Part shown: piece after piece, positions 45,333 to 55,400 of the stretch
How positions within the stretch are numbered: the first letter of the stretch is position 1
Layout of the letters: each line of letters opens with the position of its first letter
From: a virus
Virus record (IMG/VR): IMGVR_UViG_3300032294_001228
Coordinates: 1 to 64,000 of that record
Length of the DNA: 64,000 bases
Strand: one strand, 5' to 3'
The notes under the pieces: model-generated
The model's input: the letters and a program-made list of their open reading frames with translations, nothing else
Database searches by the model: none
Told to the model about the DNA's origin: nothing
Translations under genes and position numbers: made by a program

Positions 45333-46403
45333 ATGCGTATATTATTACTGGGGCTAGTTCTCTGGTCCACTACAGTTCTTGCCGCTTCTCGAGTAGAAGT
45401 TGAAGGGCATGGGCGCAACTTAGAAGAAGCCAAACAAAATGGTTTTAGAACTGCTATAGAATTCGTAGTTGGGCAAGTTGTCATAGGGGACACTGAAGTA
45501 AACGGTGATCGTATTACCAAAGACTTTGTTGGGAGTTATTCGGCAGGCTACATAGAAGACTATGAAATCCGAGATACACATTATGTTGGTGGAGAAGTTG
45601 TGGTGTTTATGGCTGTTAAAGTTGCTGACAGTAAAATAGCACAGCGTATGCTGACCATTGGTGATTATAGGACTGTGATCCAAGGTCAGAAATTGCAGGA
45701 TAGGCTTAACAGTATGTTAGATCAACGCAGTCGCGGTGACCATGTATTAACTGAAGTTTTAGGCAGTTATCCCCGTAATGCTTATATTCTTACCACAAAC
45801 GAATTTAAATTAATCATCGGTATTCGCAGACAAGTTTATATCGATATTCCTTACGAAATACGTTGGAGTAGACTTTGGTTAGAATCTCTTGCAGAAACAC
45901 TAGACCTGGTGGCTTTAGAATCAAGACGTTGTAGTAATTTTCCGTCAAAGGAACTTGAAAATTTTAGTTTATCTTTGAGTATAATCAAGTTTCTTCAGGA
46001 AAAATCTTGTGGGTTTGAGTCAGATATAACCGTGATATATAAACCTGCTGATTCCTGGATGCTGAAAAAATACAATTATTATTTCCCCGATTTGGCTACA
46101 TTGGACTTAGTAAACAATGAAATGCGTAATCCTGTGGGTAGACAACACGTAGGATTAGTAGTAGACTTAAAAGATGCAGGCGGAAATTACATAACCTCTA
46201 GATGCTTTACAATTAATACTGAACCGTTAATTGAGTATACTGAATCCAAAGCTGAAGTTGATAGTATACATGGGCGTAACCCTAGACCAAGAGTACAAGG
46301 ACATATAGCAGTTGCAGGTACACTGCGTATCGAAGGCTTAACCTCAGAAGATTTAGGCAATCTTGCTAGGGGAGATACACACATTGAGAAAAGTTGTATA
46401 TGA
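45333..46403 (+). CDS. Exported protein with FlgT-N/LPP20-like N-domain
   Basis: Signal peptide; VEGHG...EEAK.N.FR.AIE..VG...YSAG.I..Y. Confidence 0.55.
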   Translation: MRILLLGLVLWSTTVLAASRVEVEGHGRNLEEAKQNGFRTAIEFVVGQVVIGDTEVNGDRITKDFVGSYSAGYIEDYEIRDTHYVGGEVVVFMAVKVADSKIAQRMLTIGDYRTVIQGQKLQDRLNSMLDQRSRGDHVLTEVLGSYPRNAYILTTNEFKLIIGIRRQVYIDIPYEIRWSRLWLESLAETLDLVALESRRCSNFPSKELENFSLSLSIIKFLQEKSCGFESDITVIYKPADSWMLKKYNYYFPDLATLDLVNNEMRNPVGRQHVGLVVDLKDAGGNYITSRCFTINTEPLIEYTESKAEVDSIHGRNPRPRVQGHIAVAGTLRIEGLTSEDLGNLARGDTHIEKSCI

Positions 46404-46439
46404 GCAGTATAATGTTAAATTTTTTGAAAGGAATCAAAC

Positions 46440-47468
46440 ATGGCAACTAAAAAACCTACTAAGAAAGAACTAGAAGCACAGAAACTAGCCGAACAAGAAA
46501 AGCTGATAGCTACACTTAAATTCACTCCACGCAGTTATAACGTCAGCATGTGGGGCTATGGTGGTGAAGTGGTCATGGGCACAATTAGCCGTGAGATCTA
46601 CAATTATTTTAAAGAGAATCGCCTAAGTGTCAGTGACTTTGCCTGGGACAGTGAATACGCTGAAAAGAAAAACATTCCGGAAGAAATGTGGCCATGTACA
46701 CCAGGGTCATGGTACGACTGTGATGATATATGTCATACCAATGGCGTCAGCAGGAGTGCTGGACATATCCAAGTAGATGACGAGAATGGTAATGAGATCT
46801 TAAATCGTGAACTTGACACTATTGATGGTACGGATATACAGCTATCAATCAATGATGAATACTGGCCAGGATCAATTGGCGACGGTGTAGTATTCGTTGG
46901 ACGCAGTAATGAAAAAGGCACGTTCTTTGAAGCTGAATTGCCTTTGACAGCACCATTTGATCAAGAGAAACTGACTCTGGTATATGATGATGTTGAAAAT
47001 GAAGATATCGTCTATACTGTCAGCTACGATGGTGAAGACCTCGACAACAATGGTGCTAACACCGACGGTAAGAGCAGTGACTTCTATTTCTATCTAGTCG
47101 AAGACGGTGAGATAGTAGAAAACTATTCAGAGCCCGAGAGCACTTATATCACTTACTGGGCAGAAGACTACGAGCAGACCAAAACATTTAAATTTAACAA
47201 AAAGAATCGCCCGCCCGTGCCAGGTGAGTATAAATGCAGTTGGAGCCCAGGTTGGGGCACTAGTTATGGCACCTTGGAGTGGACTGGTGATAAGTGGTTA
47301 GAATATGAATATGAAATAGCCAAGGAAGTCACAGGTGTCACAGAGTGGGCAGGATTAAATTGGGATACCAGCGATATGAAAAATAAACCTAAACGTAAAC
47401 CAAGAACACCTAAAACTGGAGTATATCCGTATCCAAGCCAAGCAGTATTAAAAGCCCAGGAGGCATAA
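46440..47468 (+). CDS. Acidic hypothetical phage protein
   Basis: Long ORF with RBS and upstream TTGAGA-N18-TATAAT. Confidence 0.75.
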   Translation: MATKKPTKKELEAQKLAEQEKLIATLKFTPRSYNVSMWGYGGEVVMGTISREIYNYFKENRLSVSDFAWDSEYAEKKNIPEEMWPCTPGSWYDCDDICHTNGVSRSAGHIQVDDENGNEILNRELDTIDGTDIQLSINDEYWPGSIGDGVVFVGRSNEKGTFFEAELPLTAPFDQEKLTLVYDDVENEDIVYTVSYDGEDLDNNGANTDGKSSDFYFYLVEDGEIVENYSEPESTYITYWAEDYEQTKTFKFNKKNRPPVPGEYKCSWSPGWGTSYGTLEWTGDKWLEYEYEIAKEVTGVTEWAGLNWDTSDMKNKPKRKPRTPKTGVYPYPSQAVLKAQEA

Positions 47469-47815
47469 TGGGAGTAGCGTATCCAGGATATCGTTCAACA
47501 CCTAATACAGGTAATATCACTATCGGTGGGGCCGGTGCCAGCAGTCCTAACTATGCCAGCACATTATCTATCAATGCAGGTGCAGGCACAGGTTCTACGT
47601 GGGCTAGTACTACAGCCCAAGGTCAGCTTAAAGTTGAAGGCAAAGATGCTGACATCTTTATCAACGGACAAAGTCTCAGCGACTGGATGTCAGCTGTTGA
47701 TCGTCGCTTAACTATCCTACGACCAACTCCAGAACTCTTAGAAAAATATTCAGCATTACAAGAAGCCTACGATCACTACAAAACACTAGAAAGCCTACTA
47801 TATGAGCAAGAGTAA
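47468..47815 (+). CDS. Hypothetical protein
   Basis: Coupled ORF; low-complexity N-half; RLTIL.P...LE.Y..L..AY..Y C-terminus. Confidence 0.7.
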   Translation: MGVAYPGYRSTPNTGNITIGGAGASSPNYASTLSINAGAGTGSTWASTTAQGQLKVEGKDADIFINGQSLSDWMSAVDRRLTILRPTPELLEKYSALQEAYDHYKTLESLLYEQE

Positions 47816-47990
47816 ACTAACCATTCGCGTCCAAGATATTGATAAGGTCACAACCATTGCGAAATGGTGTAAGGACAATTTGGACCCGCATGAATGGGAT
47901 ATGACCCCCATACACCTGTTCAAACCAGACTATCGTTTCCATTTTGAGTGTGAAAAGACCCGTATCCAGGTTATCCTACAGCACCTATAA
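47802..47990 (+). CDS. Hypothetical protein
   Basis: Overlapping ORF; WC...W...F.F pattern. Confidence 0.6.
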   Translation: MSKSKLTIRVQDIDKVTTIAKWCKDNLDPHEWDMTPIHLFKPDYRFHFECEKTRIQVILQHL

Positions 47991-47995
47991 AACAC

Positions 47996-48024
47996 TTGAC
48001 AATTTGGTAAAAAGGTGCTATAAT
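47996..48024 (+). promoter_or_regulatory. sigma70-type early promoter
   Basis: TTGACA-N17-TATAAT with TTTGGT. Confidence 0.88.
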
Positions 48025-48059
48025 TATACTATATACTAAGAATAATAGGTGCAGATTAC

Positions 48060-48374
48060 GTGCAGTTTTTAACTAATATTTTGATCGCGTATGGTGTGAT
48101 ATCTATGATATTCACTACCATATTCCTTTTTGGTTTAGTGCGTAATATCCGCAAAGAAATTCAACTGATCGAAGATGTTGACCGTTTTAAGAAAACTGTC
48201 AAACTGGTCTACGTAGAACAGGTAGATGGTATGTATCGTATGCACGACAAGTTTACGCATCACTATATCTGTCAGGCCGCTACAGAAAAAGAATTATGGG
48301 AAACTGCTGATGCTATGTTTCCTAATGTCAAAGTAATGTCAACTTCAATCAATGCGGAGGTAACTAAACTATGA
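48060..48374 (+). CDS. Membrane-anchored hypothetical protein
   Basis: N-terminal TM. Confidence 0.65.
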   Translation: MQFLTNILIAYGVISMIFTTIFLFGLVRNIRKEIQLIEDVDRFKKTVKLVYVEQVDGMYRMHDKFTHHYICQAATEKELWETADAMFPNVKVMSTSINAEVTKL

Positions 48375-48778
48375 GCATGCACATGGAAGGTCCGTGGCTT
48401 AGTACCACAGGCAAGAAACGTGGTAAGAAAAAATTCCGTAATGCTGACGTTGCTAACAAAGCACGTAAGAATGCGGAGTCTTGGCAGGCTTTTTTAGATA
48501 AATGGGATATTAAACCTGATGACAAAGCTAATGGAAAAACTGTACGCAAAAGCACCTGGATGGGCCCAACTGTTAATTCACGTGTTGTGGTTGATCCTCG
48601 CCGCAGTACCCGCCATATTCCTAGCTTGGATACTGGGCGTGGTGTAGCTGTTAAAAAAGAAGTGCAACAATATACAGGCACTGCTATGTTAGGCATAGGA
48701 CAACTACACAAGTCTAACAGCATTCCTGTGTTCAGTAAAGAAGATGCTGTGGATATTTCAAAGATGAGGAGAGGATAA
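48371..48778 (+). CDS. Basic conserved phage protein
   Basis: C-terminal YTG....GIGQLHKSN.IPVF...A.DIS.MRR. Confidence 0.75.
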   Translation: MSMHMEGPWLSTTGKKRGKKKFRNADVANKARKNAESWQAFLDKWDIKPDDKANGKTVRKSTWMGPTVNSRVVVDPRRSTRHIPSLDTGRGVAVKKEVQQYTGTAMLGIGQLHKSNSIPVFSKEDAVDISKMRRG

Positions 48779-49219
48779 TTGACAACCATAGCATGGGACG
48801 GTAAGACACTAGCATCTGATACTAGATGCAACAGTGGCAATATTAAACTAAAAATCTCAAAAATCCGCAAGCACAAAGGACACTTAGTTGCTTGGGCAGG
48901 CCCTTGCTCACATGGTGAAGAAATGTTTGCTTGGTGGAAGGCAGGTGCTAAAGCTGCAAACTTTCCCGATAGCCAATTGAATGATGACGACCGTGTGGAT
49001 TTTGTTGTAGTAACTCCCGAGCGCAAGGTATTCTTATGGCAAGGCGCGGCTTATCCGCAGGATATGAGTTTGAATAAGCAATATGCCATTGGTAGTGGTC
49101 GTGATTTCGCACTTGCGGCCATGTATTTAGGCAAGACAGCACCCGAAGCAGTGGAACTAGCTGGTCGTTTTGACACAGGCACAGACAGCGACGGAGTGGA
49201 GTTTATATGTTTAAAATAA
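48779..49219 (+). CDS. Ntn-hydrolase, HslV/proteasome-beta-like peptidase
   Basis: N-terminal (M)TTIA, ASD, KI, AIGSG..FALAAM..G...EAV..A...D..T. Confidence 0.75.
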   Translation: MTTIAWDGKTLASDTRCNSGNIKLKISKIRKHKGHLVAWAGPCSHGEEMFAWWKAGAKAANFPDSQLNDDDRVDFVVVTPERKVFLWQGAAYPQDMSLNKQYAIGSGRDFALAAMYLGKTAPEAVELAGRFDTGTDSDGVEFICLK

Positions 49220-49464
49220 TCAAACGAATAAAGAAATTATTTAAAAAGAAAGAAAAATACAAACCTAGTAAATTGCTCAAGGATAGATCCTGGAGAGCTG
49301 AACGGATGTTCCCACCGTTTAGAGTCAAACAATTCAGGCCACCCTTCCCTGGTGGAACATTTGTATATCCCGATTCATGGTATAAAGAATGGAACAATAG
49401 GTTATTAGATGAGGGCTGGACTAAAAAAGAAGTTAAACAAGGTTGGAGATGGAAGGAACTATGA
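49207..49464 (+). CDS. Basic hypothetical protein
   Basis: Overlap-coupled ORF. Confidence 0.55.
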   Translation: MFKIIKRIKKLFKKKEKYKPSKLLKDRSWRAERMFPPFRVKQFRPPFPGGTFVYPDSWYKEWNNRLLDEGWTKKEVKQGWRWKEL

Positions 49465-49814
49465 TGGAATTCAAAGACATACCATGGCGAGATAAGATAT
49501 CAGAAGATGATCAGATCGCTGTGTTTCTAGACAAGTATCCTGTAACCAAAGGGCACGTGCTGGTAGTGCCAAAATACAATAACCTTACCGCCCTAGGTGA
49601 AGCATTCAAATATGCTATGAGCATTGGTCGCCACCAGGTAGCCATAGGCGAGTGGGACGGATTTAACATTGGCATGAACAATGGAGAAGCCGCAGGACAG
49701 ACAGTCATGTGGCCGCATATACATGTCATACCTAGACGCTACGGAGATGTAGAAGATCCCGTAGGCGGCGTTCGCAATACAATCCCAGGAAAAGGAAACT
49801 ATAAATTATGGTAA
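49461..49814 (+). CDS. HIT family nucleotide hydrolase
   Basis: D.YP...GH.LV.P...GFNIG.N.G.AAGQTV..PHIHVIPR. Confidence 0.92.
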   Translation: MMEFKDIPWRDKISEDDQIAVFLDKYPVTKGHVLVVPKYNNLTALGEAFKYAMSIGRHQVAIGEWDGFNIGMNNGEAAGQTVMWPHIHVIPRRYGDVEDPVGGVRNTIPGKGNYKLW

Positions 49815-50080
49815 AATATGGAATCACGACAGTAGCATTTTTAATCTTGATAGTATCAACCTTGGTGTATGCAGAGAATCCTCCCAAGGAAGAACAATAC
49901 TATCGCACTATGGCCAAACAGCACTTTGATCTAGCGGCCATACAGTTTGACAACAAAGACGTGTTTGCGGCTTGTAGTAATCTGCGCATCAGCAAGAACT
50001 ATGCTCGTCATATCAATGATAATATCATCAATGATCATCTAACTCTACTGTTAGCTAAGATGTGTAGTGGAGACAGCTAA
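49808..50080 (+). CDS. Exported hypothetical protein
   Basis: Signal peptide, two Cys; resembles 412 ORF in architecture (..D...AC...C). Confidence 0.6.
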   Translation: MVKYGITTVAFLILIVSTLVYAENPPKEEQYYRTMAKQHFDLAAIQFDNKDVFAACSNLRISKNYARHINDNIINDHLTLLLAKMCSGDS

Positions 50081-50424
50081 TGGGTGACAAAATTGAGCAC
50101 GAAATTTGGTTAGATTCCTATGCCAACGATCTAGCTAACATCACTATCGATACCAGTGACATCAACACACAAGAATGGGATGATTGGATCCAACAATATA
50201 CTGGTGAACTGGACCTTAATATCGGTAATTATTATGATAGTCGCTTAGGTGCCGATGATATCAATCTCACAGCCGGTGGTGAAGAAATGCTTAGGGTAGC
50301 CCAAGATGGATTTTATGTGCGTGGAGTCAAAGTAGAAGCTGATGCTAAAGAAGCACAAGCGGTATATAATGCTTTCAAACAATGGATGACCTACGCTATT
50401 TTAAACGGTGAGATCAATAATTAA
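50080..50424 (+). CDS. Hypothetical protein
   Basis: TAATG-coupled ORF. Confidence 0.65.
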   Translation: MGDKIEHEIWLDSYANDLANITIDTSDINTQEWDDWIQQYTGELDLNIGNYYDSRLGADDINLTAGGEEMLRVAQDGFYVRGVKVEADAKEAQAVYNAFKQWMTYAILNGEINN

Positions 50425-50453
50425 GTAAATACTATATTAAAGGAAAGGAAGAC

Positions 50454-50669
50454 TTGGCGAAAGAAGACGTTATTAAATTATCAGGAAAAGTAGAGGAAAT
50501 ACTAGGTAACAGTATGTTCCGTGTCAGGCTTGAGAACGATCATATGGTTACTGCTTATATAGGTGGTAAACTGCGTATGCACACTATCAAGATTATCCTA
50601 GGTGACGAAGTTGACGTTGAAATGACTCCATATGATCTTACCAAAGCTCGTATTGTTTATAGGAAATAA
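50454..50669 (+). CDS. infA: Translation initiation factor IF-1
   Basis: AKED.I...G.V.E.L.N.MFRV.LEN.H...A.I.GK.R...I.I..GD.V.VE.TPYDLTK.RI.YR. Confidence 0.95.
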   Translation: MAKEDVIKLSGKVEEILGNSMFRVRLENDHMVTAYIGGKLRMHTIKIILGDEVDVEMTPYDLTKARIVYRK

Positions 50670-50671
50670 CT

Positions 50672-50995
50672 ATGGTAACAATGAATCCAGGTGCAATAAA
50701 CAAAATCAAAGAACTACTTGCTGAAGAAAACAACCCAAATTTAAAACTGCGTATGTTTGTACAAGGTGGCGGATGTAGTGGTTTTCAGTATGGTTTTACC
50801 TTTGACGAAGAACAAAACGAAGATGATTTTGATTTTGAGTTTGATGGCGTACACCTGTTAGTTGACAGCATGAGCAGTCAGTATCTACAAGGTGCCGAAA
50901 TAGACTATACAGAATCATTACAAGGTAGCCAATTTAGTATTAAGAATCCCAACGCCCAAACAACCTGTGGATGCGGAAGTAGTTTCAGCGCATGA
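50672..50995 (+). CDS. erpA: Fe-S cluster insertion protein ErpA/IscA
   Basis: [19 protein letters not shown]...[12 protein letters not shown]. Confidence 0.92.
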   Translation: MVTMNPGAINKIKELLAEENNPNLKLRMFVQGGGCSGFQYGFTFDEEQNEDDFDFEFDGVHLLVDSMSSQYLQGAEIDYTESLQGSQFSIKNPNAQTTCGCGSSFSA

Positions 50996-51837
50996 GAATA
51001 GCCTTATGCTTCAGCGGACAGAACCGCACAGGTCATGCGACTGCCGATAATATCAAACGTTATGTAGGTGATCTATTACCTGATTGTGATGTGTTTGCAC
51101 ATTTCTGGGATAGCGAAACACGTGGCACTGGTTATGCTAATCGCGAAGGTGCTGTTAGCACTAATACTGAGTGGCACAGTCCTACCCTAAGCAGTCATGA
51201 TAAATTCGTAGAGTTTTATCGCCAATGGGCACCACGCACTATCATGATAGAACAGTATGATCTACAACCTAATCGCCCTAAGTGGGGTGGCCGTCGTTGG
51301 GATCCCGTAGAGCAGAAATGGCATGTTAGCATGTGGCGTAGTCTTTACGAAGCTAACAAACTTAAACAGGACTATGCACAGAAAAATCAGATAGTCTATG
51401 ACTACACTGTACGCTTACGCAGTGATCTTGTGTTTGATAGCACGAAGAGCCTAGCAGAAGATTTGAAATTGATACAACATAATCATATGATGTTATTTGG
51501 TGATCACTATGCTATTTGGCCTATACATGGTATGACTCGTATTGAAGATATTTTTTGGATTGGTCCCAGTCATTTGATGGATCAAGTTAGCACATATTAT
51601 GCCTGCTATACAAATACCGTGCCTAACATAGATGAACCTCAACAACCCGGGTATCAAGATTGGCAATGGCACAGTGCGGCATGGATAACACGGGGTTTAG
51701 GATACCAATTCTATCCACTACAAAACAATGCTATGCGCATCTACACTGAGCAAGACATAAAAACAGACATTGCCCCTTTAGATCCCGGATTTGGGCCCCC
51801 ACCACGCTACGGCGCATTTGAAAATAAAAACATCTAG
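50992..51837 (+). CDS. Glycosyltransferase-like hypothetical protein
   Basis: IALCFSGQ.R...DVF.H.W...SM..S......K......YD...R.R.D pattern. Confidence 0.5.
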   Translation: MRIALCFSGQNRTGHATADNIKRYVGDLLPDCDVFAHFWDSETRGTGYANREGAVSTNTEWHSPTLSSHDKFVEFYRQWAPRTIMIEQYDLQPNRPKWGGRRWDPVEQKWHVSMWRSLYEANKLKQDYAQKNQIVYDYTVRLRSDLVFDSTKSLAEDLKLIQHNHMMLFGDHYAIWPIHGMTRIEDIFWIGPSHLMDQVSTYYACYTNTVPNIDEPQQPGYQDWQWHSAAWITRGLGYQFYPLQNNAMRIYTEQDIKTDIAPLDPGFGPPPRYGAFENKNI

Positions 51838-51862
51838 CCCGCCCAAAGCGGGTTTTTTATTC
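51837..51862 (+). terminator. Rho-independent terminator
   Basis: gcccgc-ccaaa-gcgggttttttatt. Confidence 0.8.
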
Positions 51863-51904
51863 TCTAAAGTTCGATAAATACTAGATATTAAAGGACTTCT
51901 AGGT

Positions 51905-52486
51905 ATGACAATTACCACTCAAAATTTTATAGCAGTAAATGTTGGATCAAGCCCTAATGATGGAACAGGTGATGATCTACGCACAGCCTTTCAAAAAGTC
52001 AATGCAAACTTTGGTTGGATCGGCAACACTGGATTTAGTGCCGCAAATATCGCTGCTGGCACAATAGAAGTATCTGGTACTGTTGAGGCATCGGTATTAA
52101 ACAGCACAGGTAATATAATTACTCCTACAGCAACCGTATTTGGTAATATAATCAGTGGCGGAGCACACGTTGAAACTGGTTATCGTCAGTTAAAACCCAC
52201 AGGAAATATTGCTGTAACAGCAAACGTCGGCACAAATCGATTACTGTTACATCCAACTGGAACTATAATAAGTTTTGGTGCAAACGTTACACTACCTAAC
52301 ACTCAAGCAGACGGCACCATCTTTAGTATATCATCTAATGTCACAATTAGCGAATTATCAGTACAACCAAATTGGAACAATGTTGTAACAGTTTCTCCGT
52401 TTGGAAACATATCTCCAGTTACTGCGGGTACTGTTGCACGATATATGTATATTGCAGCTGATTTTAGATGGTATAGAATAGCATAG
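51905..52486 (+). CDS. Virion/baseplate protein (T4 gp9/gp10-like N-terminus)
   Basis: NVG..PNDGTGD.LR.AF.K.N.NF. Confidence 0.75.
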   Translation: MTITTQNFIAVNVGSSPNDGTGDDLRTAFQKVNANFGWIGNTGFSAANIAAGTIEVSGTVEASVLNSTGNIITPTATVFGNIISGGAHVETGYRQLKPTGNIAVTANVGTNRLLLHPTGTIISFGANVTLPNTQADGTIFSISSNVTISELSVQPNWNNVVTVSPFGNISPVTAGTVARYMYIAADFRWYRIA

Positions 52487-52494
52487 GAACATAA

Positions 52495-55400
52495 ATGGCA
52501 TACCCAATTTGGCTAACTCCTGCAGGTAATCTAGGCATTGTGCCTGAGGCTGAATATTATCAATTCAGTTTGGATGGATATGATACTTCTGGTGGCGCAC
52601 TTAAATATTCTAGAATAAGCGGAACTTTGCCGGTTGGCCTACAAATAACTCCCAGCGGAGTAATTAAAGGTATACCTATTAGTACAGGGGGTCCTGATCT
52701 TAATCAAGAATTTACGTTTACAATTAGATTGCAAAATTTAAGCACTCTAAGAGTAGCAGATCGTACTTTTAATATAACAATTACTAATGTAGCCCCTCCG
52801 ATAATTGTTCCTAAAACTGTAGTTAATTTTTATAATTTAATATTACAGGGTAATATCTCTGCCGCGGAAGGACAATATATTAATCAACAATTTAGCCGTG
52901 CTAATGCTACTGTGTTTAAGACAGTAACCAATAGTTCAGTTATCACTGTTACATATAATACAGAAACACCGTTTACTTTAAATAATGGTAATTTAATTGT
53001 TGTTGACGGAGCAAATTTAACCTTTACAAATGCCTATCCTACTTCCTACACTGTGGTTTCAAGTATTAGCACAAGAGACCTAGGTGAATATTTTGACGGA
53101 CAGGTTTTAAATCTTCAGTTAGAAGCAACAGAATTCATCCTGGGTGGGGACTTAACCTGGACCTTGCGTAGTGGAAGTCTTCCTCCGGGACTAATGCTAA
53201 GTCCATCTGGATTAATCTCTGGTTACATAAAACTAATACCAGCTGTAGGTCCTAGTGGTGATCCAGGTTGGGATGATACCAATTGGGACGGACGTTTTAC
53301 CTTTAACAATGCACCCAGTCAGCTGGGTTGGGATTTTCCCTTAGGTACAATCAGCAAGAATTTTGAATTTACCATTGAGGTTTCAGATGGTAGCCTAACT
53401 GATGCTGTGACCTATAGATTATTTGTTGTGCCAAAACGAGCAACTACCGCAGATAGTACACTGTTAACCGCAGATACTAGCATTATCAATGATGTTAAAT
53501 TTACCGTTGACACTGGTAGTAGACATAACCCTATCATAACCACTACGCAAGACGATATAACTTCTCAAAGGCAGGGAAGTTGGTTTACTTTACAAATCCA
53601 GGCTATTGATTTAGAAGAAGACATACTAAATTTTTCAATTCCTAATTTGAGTGCTGGATCATTTGACGAGCAAGTAGTATCAGGTCAATACCCATACGTG
53701 GGTCGTGCTGAAGTTATAAATGGTAATATTTCTGTAGCTACGAACTGGCCGGGCAATAACACCCCTTATCTTGTTTCAGGCGATCAAATTCAAGTCTTGT
53801 CACCATTTACAGACATTACCAGTGTACAGACATCTTTGGTATGGTATGACGCCACAGTCAATAATCACGGCTCAATGCGTATAGTGGGCAATACCATAAT
53901 CACAGCTAATGTAGGTAATTTTATCAGTCAGAGTATTGGTTCAGCAAACGCAACTGTTACGAATTCTAGCGTAACTACTGGAAATATTACCTTAGACGGT
54001 AGTATCCTATTAGGAACTATAGAAGTAGGCGGTAATTTAATTGTTAGTGCCAATGTTGGTGACTTCTTAACGCAACTTGGATCTACAGGCAATGCTAGAG
54101 TTACTTCTAGTGTAAGTTTCAATTCTTTAATAGACGTCCAATTTAATTCTGGATCATTTGTCATTAATGGCGGCAACTTACAAATAAACGGGGCAAATAT
54201 TTCTAGTTATCCAATTAGTCAAAGTTCATCGTTACAAACAGTGGTCCTAAATGCGAATGTTGGAGATATTATTACTCAATCTTCTACCGGGGCCAATGCC
54301 AGAGTTATCAAAGCTCAGAGTGCATTCAATGATGGCATCATACAACCATTATACTTTGAGGTACAATTTAATTCTGGTAAATTTGCCACAGGAGTAAGTG
54401 CAGGTAATATTAAATTAAATAGCAGTAATGTTGATGTATATCCAACTAGTGTTTATACTCAAGCTGATATTAATTTTATATACAATTCAGGTGAATTTAG
54501 AATTAATCAAATACCTTCTGCTGATAGTATTGTGTATATTGCAGGTCGTAATAGTTTTGCTGTTCCAAGTAAATTTTTAACTGTTGGAGTAGATGTAGAT
54601 CCAAGTCCAAATACTCAAGGTTCAGTGGGCTTTGACGAAGATAAATTTGATCAAGGTGCATTAGCACTACCGGGTACACTGAGTTTAAACTCGCAATCTG
54701 GTTGGATCACTGGGTTTTTACCTACTCAGGTCGCTTACCAACTTTCATATGATTTTGAAGTAATTGTTTATAAGCGTGATTATCCTACCTATCAAACAAG
54801 TCAGTTATTTTCTATCACAGTTTTAGGCGACCTGTATAATACAATTGAGTGGGTAACACCTAGTTTTCTTGGTGAGATACAAAATGGCTCAGTCAGTGAT
54901 CTAAGTGTTTTAGCTATTAATCCCCAAGGTAGGCAAATTTATTATTACTACACCCCTGGCTCCTATCTAAATCAGGTTCAGGGATTAAGACTAGAACCAG
55001 ACGGACTACTTAGTGGTCGAGCAAGTTTCCAGTTGTTTAAACTAGATGGGGGCACAACAATATTTGACGGTGACTTTTTTACAGGTGAACCTACTACTAC
55101 GTTCGATCATACATTTGAATTTTCAATTACCGCCCAGACATTTGATCAAACTACTAGTTCAAATAGAATTTTCAGAGTATTAGTACGTGAAAGAAATTCA
55201 AGACCATATGAAAACTTATATCTAAAAGCCATTTTAAATAAGTATCAACGATTAGAATTCAGAGATGTTATTCAAAATCAAAGTGTGTTTCCATCCGATT
55301 TAATCTACAGATCAACTGATCCTTGGTTTGGCGTGGCCAGAGATTTAAGAATGTTATTTTTACCAGGATTAAATCCTAGTACGTTAGGCGAATATGCTGC

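Noticed and set aside
48364-49026. 220-aa minus-strand ORF
   Set aside because: Antisense to two well-supported plus-strand genes; no motifs or RBS.
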